Numbered from the stretch's first letter, positions 20,533-29,180 are shown. The stretch: DNA of 32,000 nt from Candidatus Methylomirabilis oxygeniifera (GCA_000091165.1 FP565575.1:1650001-1682000); one strand, 5' to 3'. Program-made: numbers and translations. The notes: generated from the sequence alone by a model not told the origin.

Positions 20533-21231
20533 GTGGCCTGTGTGGGCAATGATCTTACTCGAAGGCCTCCCCACCCGTTTGACGACCCGGCGGTATCCGA
20601 GACCTATGAGTCCTGGTATACGGGTACCGGAGTTCACGCGGAGGAGCTTGAACGACGCTTGCTCGAGCGGCTGCTCGCCCGATATACATGTGTCCGCAGG
20701 GTCTTGGACATCGGCTGCGGCACCGGGCACTGGACCCGCTGGCTGGACAATGCAGGGCCGGCTGTGTACGGAGTGGATCTTTCACGGGCCATGCTGCGCG
20801 AAGCTCAGCGCATGGGTACGCGTCGGTGTCTGCAAGCGGACGCGCAGGCCCTGCCGTTTCCGGACAAGACCTTCGATCTGGCGATGATGGTCACGACGTT
20901 GGAATTCGTTGCGAACCCACTGCGAGCGCTGGAGGAAGCGATCAGGGTCACCCGGAAGGGGGTCATCCTCGGCGTCCTCAATCGTCTGAGCCTGCTCGCG
21001 GCACGGCGTCGGTTTTTCGGAGAAAGCCTGTGGACAACAGCACGGTGTTTTAGCGTCCGGGAACTTGAGCGCCTGGCTCGCCGGGCAGGCGGACGACGAG
21101 TTCGAGCCACGGCTTGGCGCACAACTCTCTGGCCCATCGAGGCGGTGCCGGACCTTCCGCTTCCGTGGGGCGGCTTCATCGGGATGGCCGTGTCGCTTGA
21201 TGGGTCGCAGGAAGAAGAGGGCATCGCATGA
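20533..21231 (+). CDS. Class I SAM-dependent methyltransferase (start tentative, GTG)
   Basis: VLDIGCGTGHWTRWLDNAGPAVYGVDLSRAML...ADAQALPFPDKTFDLAMMVTTLEFV. Confidence 0.85.
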   Translation: MACVGNDLTRRPPHPFDDPAVSETYESWYTGTGVHAEELERRLLERLLARYTCVRRVLDIGCGTGHWTRWLDNAGPAVYGVDLSRAMLREAQRMGTRRCLQADAQALPFPDKTFDLAMMVTTLEFVANPLRALEEAIRVTRKGVILGVLNRLSLLAARRRFFGESLWTTARCFSVRELERLARRAGGRRVRATAWRTTLWPIEAVPDLPLPWGGFIGMAVSLDGSQEEEGIA

Positions 21232-21509
21232 CAAGGATTGCGGCACAGGTCAGCCTGTATCCGCTTAGACAACCCCATCTGTCTCCGGCCATCGACCAGA
21301 TGCTCCGAATGTTTGAGCAGCACGGTTTGACGGTTAAGCCCGGCGCCATGAGTACGCTGATTACCGGCAGTGAGATGGAGGTCTTTGACGGACTCAAAGA
21401 GGCGTTCCTATGGACCATGAGTCAGGGGGAGACGGTGATGGTCGTCACCCTGTCGAACGCCTGCTCAGGACTGGACACCCCTGAAGACACCGGTCCACGC
21501 GACCGATGA
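21228..21509 (+). CDS. Thiamine-binding-like protein (MTH1187/YkoF-type, DUF77)
   Basis: 93 aa; AAQVSLYPLRQPHLSPAIDQMLRMFEQHGLTVKPGAMSTLITGSEMEVFDGLKEAF; overlaps the previous stop. Confidence 0.75.
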   Translation: MTRIAAQVSLYPLRQPHLSPAIDQMLRMFEQHGLTVKPGAMSTLITGSEMEVFDGLKEAFLWTMSQGETVMVVTLSNACSGLDTPEDTGPRDR

Positions 21510-21540
21510 TGTCCGGGAAGTACGTCATCGGCTATCCTAT

Positions 21541-21625
21541 ACTGAGCCATCGGGGTCTGGGAAGCGGAGCCACCCGGCAGCGAGTCGCAAACCCGCCGCG
21601 GGTGGGTTCCCGCCATCACGAGCTT
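21541..21625 (+). promoter_or_regulatory. Structured leader candidate upstream of the second ZIP gene
   Basis: CCACCCGGC (21570-21578) opposes GCCGCGGGTGG (21595-21605), with flanking GGGAAGCGG / TTCCCGCC. G/C-rich potential multi-stem RNA. Confidence 0.35.
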
Positions 21626-21672
21626 TGGCTGCTGAAGAAGAGGCGACGAGATAACAAGGATGCCCGGACCGG

Positions 21673-22431
21673 ATGGTGAGCAAGGCACACGCGGCCATCG
21701 TCCTGCTATCGCTGTTGTCGTGCGTGACAACCGGCCTGGCTGTAGCGTTGGCGCTCAGGTTGCGCGAAAACGCCACGGCAATCGCCGGCGGCATCGGATT
21801 CTCCGCAGGCATCATGATCCAGATCTCGGTGCTGGAGCTCCTACCGGAATCCGTTGGCGCGATGGGGACCGCCGCGACTGTCGGCAGTACAGGTGCGGGC
21901 GTGCTACTGGTTTGGCTCGTCCACTTCATCATCCCGCACACGCACCTCGTTGAGGAGAAGGGGATAGCGGACAAGGCGCTCATCCGGTCCGCATACCGCG
22001 TGGTTTTCGGGCTGATCCTGCACGATGTGCCGGAAGGTTTCGCCTTGGCCAATGCCTATGTGGCGTCGCCGACCCTCGGCGTACTCGTGGCGCTGGCCAT
22101 CGCGCTGCACAATCTGCCGGAGGAGTTCGCCATGTCGGTGCCGGCGGTGATGCTCAAGAGCAAGGGCTTTCTCTTCGGCGCAGCGCTGCTTTCCGCACTG
22201 GCAGAACCTGCAGGCGCGATCATCGGAATCGCGGCGGTGGGGATCGCGCCTGCGCTCAATGCCCATTTCCTCGCGTTGGCCGCCGGAGCGATGATCTTCA
22301 TCTCGTTCCATGAGCTATTGCCGATGGCGCGGCGTTACCGCCATATCGGCGCATTTGTGTGGGGCGTTGCGCTCAGCGTGTTGTTCCACATACTACTTGC
22401 TGGCATGACCGCAAGACTGCTGCTGCCATGA
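21673..22431 (+). CDS. ZIP-family metal transporter (second copy, divergent)
   Basis: FGLILHDVPEGFALANAYVASPTLGVLVALAIALHNLPEEFAMSVPAV: HDxPEG and HNxPEE zinc-site motifs. Confidence 0.9.
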   Translation: MVSKAHAAIVLLSLLSCVTTGLAVALALRLRENATAIAGGIGFSAGIMIQISVLELLPESVGAMGTAATVGSTGAGVLLVWLVHFIIPHTHLVEEKGIADKALIRSAYRVVFGLILHDVPEGFALANAYVASPTLGVLVALAIALHNLPEEFAMSVPAVMLKSKGFLFGAALLSALAEPAGAIIGIAAVGIAPALNAHFLALAAGAMIFISFHELLPMARRYRHIGAFVWGVALSVLFHILLAGMTARLLLP

Positions 22432-23672
22432 ACATCGAGCGCTGGCGCTGGTATTCGATCGCGGTCACTGTGCTGCTCCCAGCCCTGCACGGACTCATTG
22501 CCGCGGCCTCCCGCAGTCTGGCTGTCGTCGCGGAGCCGGTCCACAACCTCGTGGATTTCCTCACGGCAGTAGCCATGCTCGTGGGGCTCACGCGGGCCAT
22601 GCGCAAGTCCGAGGCCTTTCCTTATGGCCTTTGCAAGGTGGAGAACCTAGCACCGGCCGGCCTCTCCGGCACGGTCTTTGTCAGCGTCTACGAGATCGCG
22701 CGCGCGGCCCTCCTCGCCCCTTCCACGCCGGTTCAGGAGGACCCTTGGATGCTCGCCCTGCTGATGGTCACCGCAGCCATTCCGTTCGCCTTCAGTCACT
22801 TCGATCTGCGCGCCGGACAGGCCGCCAACTCGTCCGTCCTGATCGCCGATGCCCGGGAGTACCACGTGCATGTGTTCACCATCGGGCTCGCGCTGTGGCT
22901 ACTGATCAGCGGCCTGCTGGTCGAGACGACGCTGGCCGCTGAAACCCGTGCAACACGAACATCGCTGCGCATCACGGTGGTGTATAACAACGTGCCGCAC
23001 GCGCCCGGCCTCGCGACTGCCTGGGGCTTCGCGGCGATGGTCGCTGCCGGCGCCGATACCGTCTTGTTCGACACCGGAGGCGATGGCCCGACGCTACTTG
23101 CCAACCTGCGAAAGCTCGACATCGATCCGGACTCGGTCGATGCGATCGTGCTCTCGCACATCCACGGCGATCACACCGGCGGGCTCGACGATTTTCTGGT
23201 GCGCCGGCCGAACGTCACGGTCTATCTGCCGCAGTCATTTCCGGAGACCTTCGTGCGCGCCGTGGAGCGCCGCGGGGCGCGGGTCGAGACCGTGAGCGGG
23301 CCGCAGCGCCTGTTCGGGAATGTGTATACCACAGGCGAGCTGGGCGACGGCATCCGGGAGCAAGCGCTGATCATCGATACGTCCTTTGGTCTGGTGGTCA
23401 TGACCGGTTGCGCACACCCGGGTGTTGTCGAGATTGCCAAGGCGGCGCGCGCGTATCTGGGTAAGGAGATCCGCCTGCTGATGGGCGGTTTTCATCTGTT
23501 CGACCGCCGCCCGGATGAGAGTCGCGCGACCATTGAAGCGCTGCGTAGGGTCGGCGTGCGCAAGGTCGCGCCCAGCCACTGCACCAGCACTGAGGCGACC
23601 GGAATGTTCCGTACTGCCTGGGGCGATAACTTCATCGAAGGCGGCTGCGGCGCCGTGATTGAGCTGCCATGA
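22428..23672 (+). CDS. Fusion: truncated cation diffusion facilitator (CDF) membrane domain + metallo-beta-lactamase-fold domain
   Basis: N-terminus AEPVHNLVDFLTAVAMLVGL / SEAFPYGLCKVENLA / ANSSVLIADAREYHVHVF (CDF-like); C-terminus ITVVYNN...LSHIHGDHTGGLDDF...MTGCAHPGVVEI...GGFHLF (COG1237-like MBL). Single uninterrupted 415-codon frame; ATGA overlap with the ZIP gene. Confidence 0.8.
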   Translation: MNIERWRWYSIAVTVLLPALHGLIAAASRSLAVVAEPVHNLVDFLTAVAMLVGLTRAMRKSEAFPYGLCKVENLAPAGLSGTVFVSVYEIARAALLAPSTPVQEDPWMLALLMVTAAIPFAFSHFDLRAGQAANSSVLIADAREYHVHVFTIGLALWLLISGLLVETTLAAETRATRTSLRITVVYNNVPHAPGLATAWGFAAMVAAGADTVLFDTGGDGPTLLANLRKLDIDPDSVDAIVLSHIHGDHTGGLDDFLVRRPNVTVYLPQSFPETFVRAVERRGARVETVSGPQRLFGNVYTTGELGDGIREQALIIDTSFGLVVMTGCAHPGVVEIAKAARAYLGKEIRLLMGGFHLFDRRPDESRATIEALRRVGVRKVAPSHCTSTEATGMFRTAWGDNFIEGGCGAVIELP

Positions 23673-23839
23673 GCATACGCGAACAATCCGTGAGCCGCCC
23701 ACCGGCCGCGTTGCCCGCCGAGCTGCCGAGCGAGACGCGCGCAACGCTGATTCCGCACCTCATCAGTTATACAACCGGCGCACCGTTCGGCGCGGCTGCT
23801 CGCTCAGTATACGGCGGGGGCTCAGGACCTCACGTGTAA
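23669..23839 (+). pseudogene. Truncated ZIP-transporter fragment (third ZIP-related copy)
   Basis: gagacgcgcgcaacgctgattccgcacctcatcagttatacaaccggcgca aligns with gagaagatgcgcgcaacgctgattccatatctcgtcagttatgcgaccggcgca of the 19778 gene; ends SVYGGGSGPHV*. Confidence 0.7.
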
Positions 23840-23893
23840 TCCTGTCAAATATGGGTAACACATTCGCCCTACCGGATAGGACCGTCAATAGCC

Positions 23894-25300
23894 CTAAAAC
23901 TCATACCTGGTGATGAAAGCGTCTCCAGTCCCCTTGAGTGCAGAGCCCAATGCCCCCGAGGTTGCGGGAAAGTCAGACGACTTGGCGCCCCCGGTTACAT
24001 ATACATGGCCTTCCTTGTCCACCGCGATGGCTTCGCCCCAATCATGCTGATTGCCCCCTAGGAAAGTGGAGTAGACGAGGCTAAAGCCGGTAGGGACAAG
24101 CTTCGTCACAAAAGCATCCCCCCAGCCGTTGTACGAGGTATCGATTGCTCCAGGCGTTGTGGGGAAGTTGAGCGACTTTGTCCTGCCTGTCACGTAGGCA
24201 TGACCTTCGTCATCTATGCCGATGCCGAACCCTATGTCGTACTCATTCCCGCCGAGGTAGGTAGAGTAGGTGAGGCTAGCGCCATTGGGGGCGAGTTTCG
24301 TCACGAAGGCGTCTCCATGGCCCTTGGATGAGGTATCGCGCGCTCCGGAGGTCGTTGGGAAGTCGTCCGAAAGCGTTCCTCCCGTCACGTAGGCATGACC
24401 CCCTGTGTCCACGGTGATGCCGTGACCCCAATCTGACCGACTTCCACCAAGAAACGTCGAGTAGACCAGGGCGGCGCCGGTAGGGGCAAGCTTCGTGACA
24501 AACACATCCCTGTCGCGGTACGGTTTGGTATCGAACGCTCCGGGAGTCGTCGGGAAGTTTAAAGAGAGGGTTTCTCCCGTTACATAGGCGTGTGCCTCGT
24601 TATCTATGGCAATACCATAACCCCAATCATACCGGACTCCGCCCAGGAAGGTGGAGTAGATGAGGCGCGCGCCGTTGGGGGCGAGCTTCGTGACGAAGGC
24701 ATCTCTGTCACCGTTGAAAGAGGTATCGAACGCTCCAGGAGTCGTCGGGAAGTTGGCGGAGCGTGCCCCGCCTGTCACGTAGGCATGGCCCTCCGTGTCC
24801 ACCGCGATGCCGTGCCCCCAGTCATCGCCGCTGCCGCCCAGGAACGTCGAGTAGATCAGGCGCGCGCCGTTGGGGGCGAGCTTCGTGACGAAAGCCTCCC
24901 GGTCCCCATTGTATTTCCGGCTGAAAGCCTCGCGTGTGGTGGGGAAGTTGGGAGACCTGGTCTCTCCCGTCACGTAGGCATGACCCCCTTCGTCCACGGT
25001 GATGCCGTGACCCCAATCATCGCTACTCCCACCCAGAAAGGTAGAGTAGACGAGACTGGCGCCGTCGGCAGCCAGCTTCGTCACGAATACGTCAGCAGCA
25101 CCGGCATACTTCGAATGAGCCGCTCCCTTGGACGCGGCGAAGTCAGACGATTCGGTCCTTCCCGTTACGTAAGCGTGGCCCTCCGCATCTACGGCAACGG
25201 CGAAGCCTATTTCATCTCCGCTTCCTCCGAGAAGGGTGGAGTAGACGACCACCGGGTCTATCACCAGTGCTCTGTTTGTATCGTAGGCGCCTACGTGGAA
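23894..25300 (-). repeat. Seven tandem coding repeats of about 65 aa (about 195 bp)
   Basis: (A/G)HAYVTG or GHVYVTG occurs seven times with a typical spacing of 65 residues. Confidence 0.8.
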
Positions 25301-26038
25301 CCCGACGTGATGCGGCCCCTTGATCACATAGCCGCCCGAGACAGCTCGTCTTGTTCCCTCCATCTCCTGATAGAGCAACGGCTTCTGAAGGCGAATGTGT
25401 CCATCAGCGGTATGCAAGACCAGGTCACCCCGAGCATCTAAGCTGAGGCGCGTAGCGCCCTCGAAACGCAGTGTGATGGCTTTCGGATCCGCTCCTGGTG
25501 CGACGAGCAAGTCATATTCCAGTTGACCTTGGGTACCGTAGTAGACGAGATTGATACCTGGGTACACACTTTGATTGTGCACCTTGGCGTAGATAGGGAT
25601 ATCGGCGCGCCACGTGGTAGGATCGTTACCGCGAAGGTAGTGGACTCTGCCTGGTAACTTCTCGATCCCCACCACCTGGCGCCCAGAGTTGGCGCCCACA
25701 AGCTCCATCCGCAGAATCGTAGGGCCGGGCTGGGGGCTTGGCCGTTTCGGCGGCCGCAGGACCAATATGGCCCTGGTGTCGGTCAAAAAGATGGTGTAGT
25801 TCTGGCCGCGAGCCAGGAACTTCACTTGGGGGTCGGTCTGACCATGGTTAGCCTCGAAGTAGATAGGCAACTTACCGTATGCCGCTCCCGGATTGGCCTC
25901 AGTGGCTGTGTTGAAACCGGCCATGGAACCGGAAGAGACCGCAGGCGATGCCTGAGCCGGCAGGATCTGACAGTTCAGCATGGCAAGGAATCCAACCATC
26001 AGTCCGACTCGAGTTGTCGCGCGATCGATTACGTCCAT
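23894..26038 (-). CDS. Secreted SBBP-repeat (beta-propeller-like) protein
   Basis: Signal peptide, then YFEANHGQTDPQVKFLARGQNYTIFLT (typical N-terminal domain of SBBP proteins) and repeats of AFVTKLAPNGARLIYSTFLGGSGDDWGHGIAVDTEGHAYVTG. SD aggaggag before the start. Confidence 0.9.
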   Translation of the reverse strand: MDVIDRATTRVGLMVGFLAMLNCQILPAQASPAVSSGSMAGFNTATEANPGAAYGKLPIYFEANHGQTDPQVKFLARGQNYTIFLTDTRAILVLRPPKRPSPQPGPTILRMELVGANSGRQVVGIEKLPGRVHYLRGNDPTTWRADIPIYAKVHNQSVYPGINLVYYGTQGQLEYDLLVAPGADPKAITLRFEGATRLSLDARGDLVLHTADGHIRLQKPLLYQEMEGTRRAVSGGYVIKGPHHVGFHVGAYDTNRALVIDPVVVYSTLLGGSGDEIGFAVAVDAEGHAYVTGRTESSDFAASKGAAHSKYAGAADVFVTKLAADGASLVYSTFLGGSSDDWGHGITVDEGGHAYVTGETRSPNFPTTREAFSRKYNGDREAFVTKLAPNGARLIYSTFLGGSGDDWGHGIAVDTEGHAYVTGGARSANFPTTPGAFDTSFNGDRDAFVTKLAPNGARLIYSTFLGGVRYDWGYGIAIDNEAHAYVTGETLSLNFPTTPGAFDTKPYRDRDVFVTKLAPTGAALVYSTFLGGSRSDWGHGITVDTGGHAYVTGGTLSDDFPTTSGARDTSSKGHGDAFVTKLAPNGASLTYSTYLGGNEYDIGFGIGIDDEGHAYVTGRTKSLNFPTTPGAIDTSYNGWGDAFVTKLVPTGFSLVYSTFLGGNQHDWGEAIAVDKEGHVYVTGGAKSSDFPATSGALGSALKGTGDAFITRYEF

Positions 26039-26321
26039 GTTTCTCCTCCTGGTTGGAGTATCCAGATTCGCCCTCCAGACGAGGGCAGTTGGGCCAAGAG
26101 AAAGACCTACCGCTCTCTTACTCCATGCTCCCCGTTCTTCGGAAGAGCAATGGTTTCCCAGTTGAGGAATTCATTCTGATAGCATCCACCTCCAATGGTC
26201 AAGCGAATTCAGTGCGGCACATAGAGCCTCTCTGTGGGGTAGCATGATGTCAAGCAGCAGTAGGCGATGGGTGTCTCTCAGGCCCTGTTTAGGGCCCTAT
26301 TTTTTCAGGACCTCCCGCTCG

Positions 26322-26350
26322 TTGACAATGCCGCACAATAGTTGTATATG
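26322..26350 (+). promoter_or_regulatory. Sigma70-like promoter: TTGACA-17 nt-TATATG
   Basis: -35 TTGACA at 26322-26327 and -10 TATATG at 26345-26350, immediately before the 26370 ORF. Confidence 0.65.
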
Positions 26351-26369
26351 TTTAAACAAGGTGTCTTTC

Positions 26370-26675
26370 ATGAGCCGTTTGCCTCTCAAATCGATTGCGT
26401 TCGCGCTGGCGGTGGCCGTGCTCCTCCTACTGGGCGCGACCACGGGCGGCGCGTTTGCGCACGAGGTCCAGCACGCGGCCCACCACACGGCCGGTATGCA
26501 TGCCACGCCCATCTGCGCGTGGATGTGCGCCACGGCCGGCGCGGTCATTACGCCAGCGATCCAACCGGCTCAGTTCACGCTTGTTCAAGACACCGTACCG
26601 CCCTTCCTCAGCCCCCTGCGCTTATCTAAGTACTTGTCGCGCCTTCAAGCGCGGGCTCCTCCCGTTCTCTCCTGA
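26370..26675 (+). CDS. Small secreted/membrane His/Cys-containing protein (DUF2946-like appearance)
   Basis: MSRLPLKSIAFALAVAVLLLLGATTGGAFAHEVQHAAHHTAGMHATPICAWMCATAGAV. Follows a near-consensus promoter. Confidence 0.6.
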   Translation: MSRLPLKSIAFALAVAVLLLLGATTGGAFAHEVQHAAHHTAGMHATPICAWMCATAGAVITPAIQPAQFTLVQDTVPPFLSPLRLSKYLSRLQARAPPVLS

Positions 26676-26878
26676 TCCTGTCCCACGTAGACCGAGTCCG
26701 GCACCAGGAGCGGCCCTTCGCCCTGGGTCTCGGGTATCCGTTTCCATTCATGGGAGTGAGTAGCATCACATCCGGCAGCGGTGAACGGGAGTCAGTAGAA
26801 GCGCAGCACCCTGAGTCAGCAGATGCAGCTATCGAGCGAAGTCAATCCAAGGCGCAACAAATGTAAAAGGAACCAGTC

Positions 26879-27508
26879 ATGACCAATAGTGTCAGATATT
26901 TAGTCATCCTCGTATGGGGATCAGCCATACTGTTCAGTACGAACCTCCACACTGTGTGGGCAGGCGGAGGCTGTGGGGGAATGGGAATGATGGGTGGCCA
27001 CATGCACGAGGGCCACGAACAGAGTAAAACGGACGAAGACGCCGGCCATACGCTCACGCATCTCCTCACACATGGGCAGGAGATCGGCCTCACATCGGAG
27101 CAGATCGGTGAGCTGAAAACCATGCAGCTTAACCTGAGTCGAGCCCAAGCCAGAGCGGAGGCCGACATCAAAGTGGCAACCCTTGAATTAAACGCGATAG
27201 CTGAGGATGAGCGGGCGGACTCGGCAGCGATCCAGGCCAAGGTGGACCAACTCAAGAAGGCGGAGGGCCATCTTCAATCTATGGCGATCAGGTCGGGGCG
27301 AAGCGCGCTGGCGATATTGTCTCCTGAACAGCGCGAGAAAGACGACGCACTGCGGAGGGAGATGATGGAAAGCATGAAAGCGGGGCAGGACCAGCATAGC
27401 GGTGGAATGGGTGGAATGCGAGGCGGAGGGCGTATGGGTACGGGTCGCAGCAAGGGTGGGAAAGACGAAGGAGTCGGAAAAGCGGAGACGACTGCACACC
27501 GACATTAG
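26879..27508 (+). CDS. Spy/CpxP-like periplasmic protein, divergent paralogue
   Basis: Signal peptide; Met/His-rich GGGCGGMGMMGGHMHEGHEQ; IGLTSEQIGELKTMQLNLSRAQARAEADI; LSPEQREKDDALRREMMESM; Gly/Met tail and terminal HRH. Confidence 0.8.
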   Translation: MTNSVRYLVILVWGSAILFSTNLHTVWAGGGCGGMGMMGGHMHEGHEQSKTDEDAGHTLTHLLTHGQEIGLTSEQIGELKTMQLNLSRAQARAEADIKVATLELNAIAEDERADSAAIQAKVDQLKKAEGHLQSMAIRSGRSALAILSPEQREKDDALRREMMESMKAGQDQHSGGMGGMRGGGRMGTGRSKGGKDEGVGKAETTAHRH

Positions 27509-27556
27509 GCCATTATTCAATGAGTGCGGGAAGGTCGCCTGGAGTGGCCGCGCTGG

Positions 27557-27668
27557 TCGAACAGAACCAGAGCTTGGACGCCACACCCAGCAAAGACCGA
27601 TTAACCTTGTCAGCCGCCAGATCGTCAGCAGGTGAAACGATAGGGCTTCCTGTGGCACCCGTGTAGGA
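27557..27668 (+). repeat. Conserved non-coding block, copy B (matches 2994-3105)
   Basis: GACGCCACACCCAGCAAAGACCGATTAACCTTGTCAGCCGCCAGATCGTCAGCAGGTGAAACGATAGGGCTTCCTGTGGCACCCGTGTAGGA. Confidence 0.7.
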
Positions 27669-27734
27669 CAAGACGGCACCACGACCCTCATGAGTCATTG
27701 AGAGCGGACACGAACAAGAGGAGAAGAAAGAACG

Positions 27735-28214
27735 ATGCACAAGATTCTGATTGCCGTTGTCACCATTACATTGCTGACGGCAGGCTTTTCCTTTGCCGTA
27801 GATTATCACCAGATGCATAATGAGATGATGCAGAAGCAAGGCGGACCAACTACAGACGGCCGGACGGAACTGCGCCATATCCCGGCCCCGATGAAGATCA
27901 TGCATAAAGCGATGATGCGGCAGCATCTGGATCATGTGAGCCAGATTACAGCGGCCTTGGCGGCCAATGATCTGAACAAGGCGGCAGAGATTGCTGTAAC
28001 GAATCTTGGCTGGAGTCAGGAACGAGCACAGGAGTGTTCAGTATTTGAACCGGTGAAAAGCGGGTCGGATTACACAACACTCGCCGCTGCCATGCACAAG
28101 AAGGCCGACGAACTGGCCGACGCTGCAAAGTCCGGATACCGGGACAAGGCCTTCCAAGCCCTGGCGGAGCTGATTCACAACTGCAATGAGTGCCACAAGA
28201 AATTCAAGCATTAA
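27735..28214 (+). CDS. Cytochrome c'-like secreted protein
   Basis: Signal peptide, four-helix-type sequence, C-terminal CNECHKKFKH (CxxCH heme motif near the C-terminus). Confidence 0.82.
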   Translation: MHKILIAVVTITLLTAGFSFAVDYHQMHNEMMQKQGGPTTDGRTELRHIPAPMKIMHKAMMRQHLDHVSQITAALAANDLNKAAEIAVTNLGWSQERAQECSVFEPVKSGSDYTTLAAAMHKKADELADAAKSGYRDKAFQALAELIHNCNECHKKFKH

Positions 28215-28242
28215 GACAAACACACCACCCCGAGGAGAGCCG

Positions 28243-28335
28243 GTGACGAAATGTGTGTTCGGTCCGGTCCCCTCGAGATGCCTTGGGCAGTCTCTCTGCA
28301 TCGACTCGATTCCGTTCACAACCTGTAAACTGTAG
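28243..28335 (+). other. 30-aa mini-ORF resembling the radical SAM N-terminus, upstream of the Spy-like gene
   Basis: GTG start with a [38 protein letters not shown] versus [29 protein letters not shown] of the 18632 gene. Confidence 0.5.
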
Positions 28336-28357
28336 TCCAGAAAATGAGGACACAACG

Positions 28358-29086
28358 ATGAAACTATGGACGGGAGTACTGGCGGCAGCGTTGTTGATCG
28401 TGGCTTCTGAGGCGCGGTTAGTCATGGCCCAAGAGAGGGGACGGCATATGGGCGAGATGAAGGAGTCGTGCGAAAGCCGCGACGCAGACAGCCCTCGATA
28501 TGGCCATTACCCTCACCATCTGCTCAGGCATGCGAAAGAGATCGGCCTGGCAAAAGATCAGATCACACGACTCAAGACAATCAGACTCGATTTTGAGCGT
28601 GCCTGTCTTCGGGCCGGGGCCGAGATTCACGTGAGCGACCTGGAGATCGAAACGCTGATGGACGATGAGAAGGCCACCCTCGCAACGATCGAGGCAAAGG
28701 TCAAGCAACGCGCGACCGCGGCGACCGCACTCAGGATCGCAGCGATCAAGGCCAAACGGGACGCCATGGCGCTCCTCACTGCCGAACAGCGAGAGAAGGA
28801 TCAAGCGATACACGAGAAAATGATGCAGCAGATGGGTGGGATGGGTGGTGGAATGATGCAGGGCGGTGGGATGGGCGGTGGGCAGATGGGTGGTGGGATG
28901 AGGGGCGGCCGGAGAGGTGGCGGTGGGATGAGGCACGGCGGCGGGATGGGTGGTGGGCAGATGGGTGGTGGCATGGGTGGCGAGATGATGCAAGGTGGCG
29001 GGATGATAGATGATGGCATGATGGAGGGCGAGCAGGACGGCTCTTCGCAGCCGGAGACAACAGAGGGAGAGCATCAGGGCCATTGA
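28358..29086 (+). CDS. Spy/CpxP-like periplasmic protein with a Gly/Met-rich C-terminus
   Basis: MKLWTGVLAAALLIVASEARLVMAQERGRHMGEMKESCESR...; paralogue of 3271-4020. ATG at 28358. Confidence 0.82.
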   Translation: MKLWTGVLAAALLIVASEARLVMAQERGRHMGEMKESCESRDADSPRYGHYPHHLLRHAKEIGLAKDQITRLKTIRLDFERACLRAGAEIHVSDLEIETLMDDEKATLATIEAKVKQRATAATALRIAAIKAKRDAMALLTAEQREKDQAIHEKMMQQMGGMGGGMMQGGGMGGGQMGGGMRGGRRGGGGMRHGGGMGGGQMGGGMGGEMMQGGGMIDDGMMEGEQDGSSQPETTEGEHQGH

Positions 29087-29180
29087 GTTCACGACAAACC
29101 GCCCGCCTCATGAAGCAATAAAGATGTTAGGAGTGTCCTGAGTCAGAAGTTCGATAAAGACGTTGACGCCCCATATGTCG

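Noticed and set aside
26279-26300. Rho-independent terminator GGCCCTGTTTAGGGCCCTATTTTTT just upstream of the 26322 promoter
   Set aside because: The stem is only 5 bp (GGCCC/GGGCC) and no plus-strand gene lies immediately upstream; left uncalled although the T-tract is suggestive.
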